DNA from: Longimicrobiales bacterium
Lineage (GTDB): Bacteria; Gemmatimonadota; Gemmatimonadetes; Longimicrobiales; Gaopeijiaceae
DNA length: 27,923 nt
Direction: 5' to 3'
Assembly: GCA_022428035.1 (NCBI GenBank)
Contig: JAKMDG010000280.1
Coordinates: 1 to 27,923 of the forward strand
The notes under the pieces are model-generated. The model saw nothing but the letters and a program-made list of their open reading frames with translations. It was not told where the DNA came from and made no database searches. Every line of letters begins with the position of its first letter. Position 1 is the stretch's first letter. Shown in pieces: positions 25,236 to 27,923 of the stretch. The translations under genes were made by a program, and so were the position numbers.

Positions 25236-26630
25236 TCAGGAGCCCATCCGCTCCAGCACGTAATGAGCGGACCCTGCAGAGACCCTGAGTTCACTGACTT
25301 GGCCTCCGACGCGGCGGAAGATGTACCGCACCCCCCCAGAGGCCCACGTAAGGTCACCGACGTGGGTCGGCACGACGGGAGCGTCGTCCTCTTCCTCGGA
25401 AAACTCGAGTCGGCCGCCGTTCTCACGAACGGCCACTTCCATCATGCGGCCACGAGAGATCCCTCGATAGGTTCCTTCCAGTTCAGCCAGAGAGCCAGCG
25501 TACGGCTCGGCGACGGGCTCCGGCTCTGGACCCAGCACCAGATCGGCAAAGGCTGCGGCCAGGGCCCCAGCACCTGGAGGTGCTGTCGAGTTCTGCAGGA
25601 CCACGATGCTCAGGTCGTGCTCCGGGTACCAGGCGAGTTGAGACACGAAACCATTGATGCCTCCACCATGAGCGCTGACGGGCGTATCGCCACGCATTTC
25701 GTCGCCGATGCCCATGGCGTACCCAATGATCGAACCATCCTCGAGCGGTCGAGCGGTCATCATCTCTTTATACGAAGCATCGCTCAGGAGTCGCCCGCCA
25801 TGGAGCGCGCGGTTCCATTCGACGAGGTCACCCACCGTCGAGCATAGTGAGCCGGCCGCATATGGCCACGCATGATCGATGTAGCGGGCCCGGATCAGCC
25901 GCTCGGGGCCGACCGCATCATAGCCGTGGGCGCGACGATCGCGCATGAGGGCTTCGTGGCAGTAATACGAGTCTACCATGCCCGCGGGATCGAACAGACG
26001 CTCTTCAACGAAGTCCTCGTAGCTCTGCCCGCTCAGCGACTCAATGATGAGCCCGAGCAGGAAGAACGCCGAATTGTTGTAGATCTGTGCTGTCCCGGGC
26101 TCGAAGTCGAACGGTTCAGCCTCGACCAGTCGTACGAGGGTATCGCGCGGCAGGTCGAGGACCGACAGCTCACCGAAGACGTCCATCTCGGTGTAGCTCC
26201 GGATCCCCGATGTATGATCGAGTAGGCGGCGCACGGATACCGTGCGCCCCTGACTGTCGAAGTCGATGTATTGGGTGAAGTCGGCGTCCAGGTCGAGCTT
26301 ACCCTCTTCTCCCAGGAGAAGGATCGCCGCCGCCGTGAACTGCTTTGTAACCGAACCGATCTGGTACGACGCATTGCCCGCAAGCGGCGTCTGCACACCC
26401 CACTCCAGCTCCACGAAGCCGTAGCCGCCCTGAAGTAGCACCTCACCGCCGCGCACCACAGCCACCGAGACTCCCGGCACGATGACGCTCTCGACATGAG
26501 CCCGCGCGGCGGAATCCAAGGCGTGCGTCAGGTCGCGCCCTGTAACCTGGGCATCCGACCCCACCGACGTCACCCCACAGATGACCGCTACGAGCGGGAA
26601 AGATCGCACCCACAACCGAATCGACATCAT
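25236..26630 (-). CDS. Exported beta-lactamase-family (class C/PBP-like) serine hydrolase (464 aa)
   Basis: Motifs: IGSVTKQF (SxxK), IYNNSAF (YxN), LLDHTSGI, AAGSLCST, AHGGGINGF. AGGAG RBS before ATG 26630, signal peptide ending SDA-Q, and an extra C-terminal beta-rich domain. Confidence 0.92.
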   Translation of the reverse strand: MMSIRLWVRSFPLVAVICGVTSVGSDAQVTGRDLTHALDSAARAHVESVIVPGVSVAVVRGGEVLLQGGYGFVELEWGVQTPLAGNASYQIGSVTKQFTAAAILLLGEEGKLDLDADFTQYIDFDSQGRTVSVRRLLDHTSGIRSYTEMDVFGELSVLDLPRDTLVRLVEAEPFDFEPGTAQIYNNSAFFLLGLIIESLSGQSYEDFVEERLFDPAGMVDSYYCHEALMRDRRAHGYDAVGPERLIRARYIDHAWPYAAGSLCSTVGDLVEWNRALHGGRLLSDASYKEMMTARPLEDGSIIGYAMGIGDEMRGDTPVSAHGGGINGFVSQLAWYPEHDLSIVVLQNSTAPPGAGALAAAFADLVLGPEPEPVAEPYAGSLAELEGTYRGISRGRMMEVAVRENGGRLEFSEEEDDAPVVPTHVGDLTWASGGVRYIFRRVGGQVSELRVSAGSAHYVLERMGS

Positions 26631-27682
26631 CGCCACTCCTCCTGAATCGCGTCGAGAGCAGCTGACCCGGGGCACAGAACATCGTACGGCACATCGACCA
26701 GCGGCCGTTCGACCGTGTTCTCAAAAGAATGCATGTCTTCGTTGGTCCCCTCGATGTACAGCAGCCCGGTGGCTACCTCGCCCCGTGCCGCCGTGGCACC
26801 CAGATAGTCGAGCACGGCCCGCCGGTTCGAAGGATCGTAGTCGGGATCGGTCTTGCGAAGCCGCACAGTGCTGCCGTCATGAAGCATCACGGCCTTCACC
26901 TCACCCTCGTCGTACTTCGTCCGGATCTCGGCCCTCAGCGGGACGAAGTCCGTTTCGATGACCTCGTGCATATGAGCTCTCGTGTGCGCGTAGCTCTTGG
27001 TCGACCCTCTGTGATCGTTGAAGGTGACGCACGGCGAAATCACGTCAATGAAGGCGAACCCCTGATGCCGCATACCCGCCATCAGGATCGGGACCAGCTG
27101 ATCCTTGTCACCTGAAAAGGAGCGAGCGACGAATGTCGCGCCTAGTGAGAGGGCCAGGTTCACCGGGTCAATCGGCCCCTGTCGGTTAGCCACACCGCCC
27201 TTCGAGAGACTCCCGATGTCAGCCGATGCCGAGAACTGACCCTTGGTAAGACCATAGACGCCGTTGTTCTCGAGCACGTAGAGGAGGTTCACGTTCCTCC
27301 GGATCGCGTGGCAAAACTGGCCCAGCCCGATCGAAAGAGAGTCGCCGTCTCCGGAGATGCCCACATACAGCAGGTCTCGATTAGCCGCGTTCGCGCCCGC
27401 AGCCACCGAAGGCATACGGCCGTGCACAGAGTTGAAACCGTGCGCCTCGCTCACGAAGTACGTTGGTGTCTTCGCCGAACATCCGATGCCGGAGATCTTC
27501 ACCAGCCGATGCGGCTCCACGGCGAGCTCGAAGAACGCCTGAATCAGGGCCGCGGTCACCGAGTCATGGCCGCACCCTGCACACAGCGTAGACATTGATC
27601 CTTCATAGTCACGCGGGGTCAGGCCGATGGCGTTCGTCGGCATCTTGGGATGCCGAGCAGCCGGTTTCTTGATGTAGCTCAT
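26627..27682 (-). CDS. korB: 2-oxoacid:ferredoxin oxidoreductase beta subunit (351 aa)
   Basis: Motifs: STLCAGCGH, SGIGCSAK, HGRMPS, and TPP motif SGDGDSLSIG...ENNGVYGLTKGQFS, plus DVISPCVTFN. The start is reassigned to ATG 27682 (ATGA overlap). Substrate (2-oxoglutarate vs other) is not determinable here. Confidence 0.93.
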   Translation of the reverse strand: MSYIKKPAARHPKMPTNAIGLTPRDYEGSMSTLCAGCGHDSVTAALIQAFFELAVEPHRLVKISGIGCSAKTPTYFVSEAHGFNSVHGRMPSVAAGANAANRDLLYVGISGDGDSLSIGLGQFCHAIRRNVNLLYVLENNGVYGLTKGQFSASADIGSLSKGGVANRQGPIDPVNLALSLGATFVARSFSGDKDQLVPILMAGMRHQGFAFIDVISPCVTFNDHRGSTKSYAHTRAHMHEVIETDFVPLRAEIRTKYDEGEVKAVMLHDGSTVRLRKTDPDYDPSNRRAVLDYLGATAARGEVATGLLYIEGTNEDMHSFENTVERPLVDVPYDVLCPGSAALDAIQEEWR

Positions 27683-27923
27683 GAAGCAGCGTCCGCGATC
27701 AGGGGATCGGGTTCGACGTCGCCACCCGACGTATCTTCGCCCGGCTCGGATCCGGCCAGCTCGGGAATCCACTCGGCCAGCCCGTCGAGCACGTGTCCTT
27801 TACTGAGCGGCTGGCCGCCGTAGTAGGTGATCGACAGGAGCTTGTCCTTGGGGCAGTTCGTTTCGATGGTGATCAGCTTGCGAAGCTGCTCGTCTCGGTT
27901 CTGTTCGATCACCACCACCCGAT
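27679..27923 (-). CDS. korA: 2-oxoacid:ferredoxin oxidoreductase alpha subunit, C-terminal fragment (5'-truncated)
   Basis: RVVVIEQNRDEQLRKLI...YYGGQPLS matches the OFOR alpha C-terminus, and the stop overlaps the korB ATG. Confidence 0.8.
   Translation of the reverse strand, partial: RVVVIEQNRDEQLRKLITIETNCPKDKLLSITYYGGQPLSKGHVLDGLAEWIPELAGSEPGEDTSGGDVEPDPLIADAAS

Noticed and set aside
25236-26630. Antibiotic-resistance beta-lactamase call
   Set aside because: SxxK/YxN/HxG motifs are shared by esterases and D-peptidases of this fold, and the third motif is HGG rather than the AmpC-type KTG. Resistance is unsupported.

Overview
GC-rich bacterial genomic segment with about 18 protein-coding genes and no rRNA, tRNA, CRISPR array or mobile element that I can see. 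Left end (minus strand): a Pfa-type iterative polyketide/PUFA synthase locus in the order pfaD (enoyl reductase), then pfaA (KS-AT-ACP-ACP...). pfaA runs off the window edge and is absent from the supplied ORF track, but I read it as an uninterrupted frame from ATG 3909 to base 1. Upstream on the same strand are an exported amidase and an exported DUF1028 Ntn-hydrolase. The plus strand then carries a YdjI-like SPFH/GYF_2 protein with a YdjG-like zinc-ribbon membrane protein, followed by an operon of three exported beta-propeller proteins. Next come an orphan protein, an exported creatininase-fold protein with a rewired metal site, and a small lipoprotein. The right half (minus strand) has a SusC/SusD-like pair flanked on both sides by barrel-less TonB-plug proteins, an exported SxxK serine hydrolase, and 2-oxoacid:ferredoxin oxidoreductase beta/alpha genes. 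The gene repertoire suggests Gemmatimonadota or another FCB-related lineage; this is inference, as no marker gene is present. The strongest leads are the plug-only proteins bracketing SusCD, the pfaD-first synthase locus, and the three-propeller operon.
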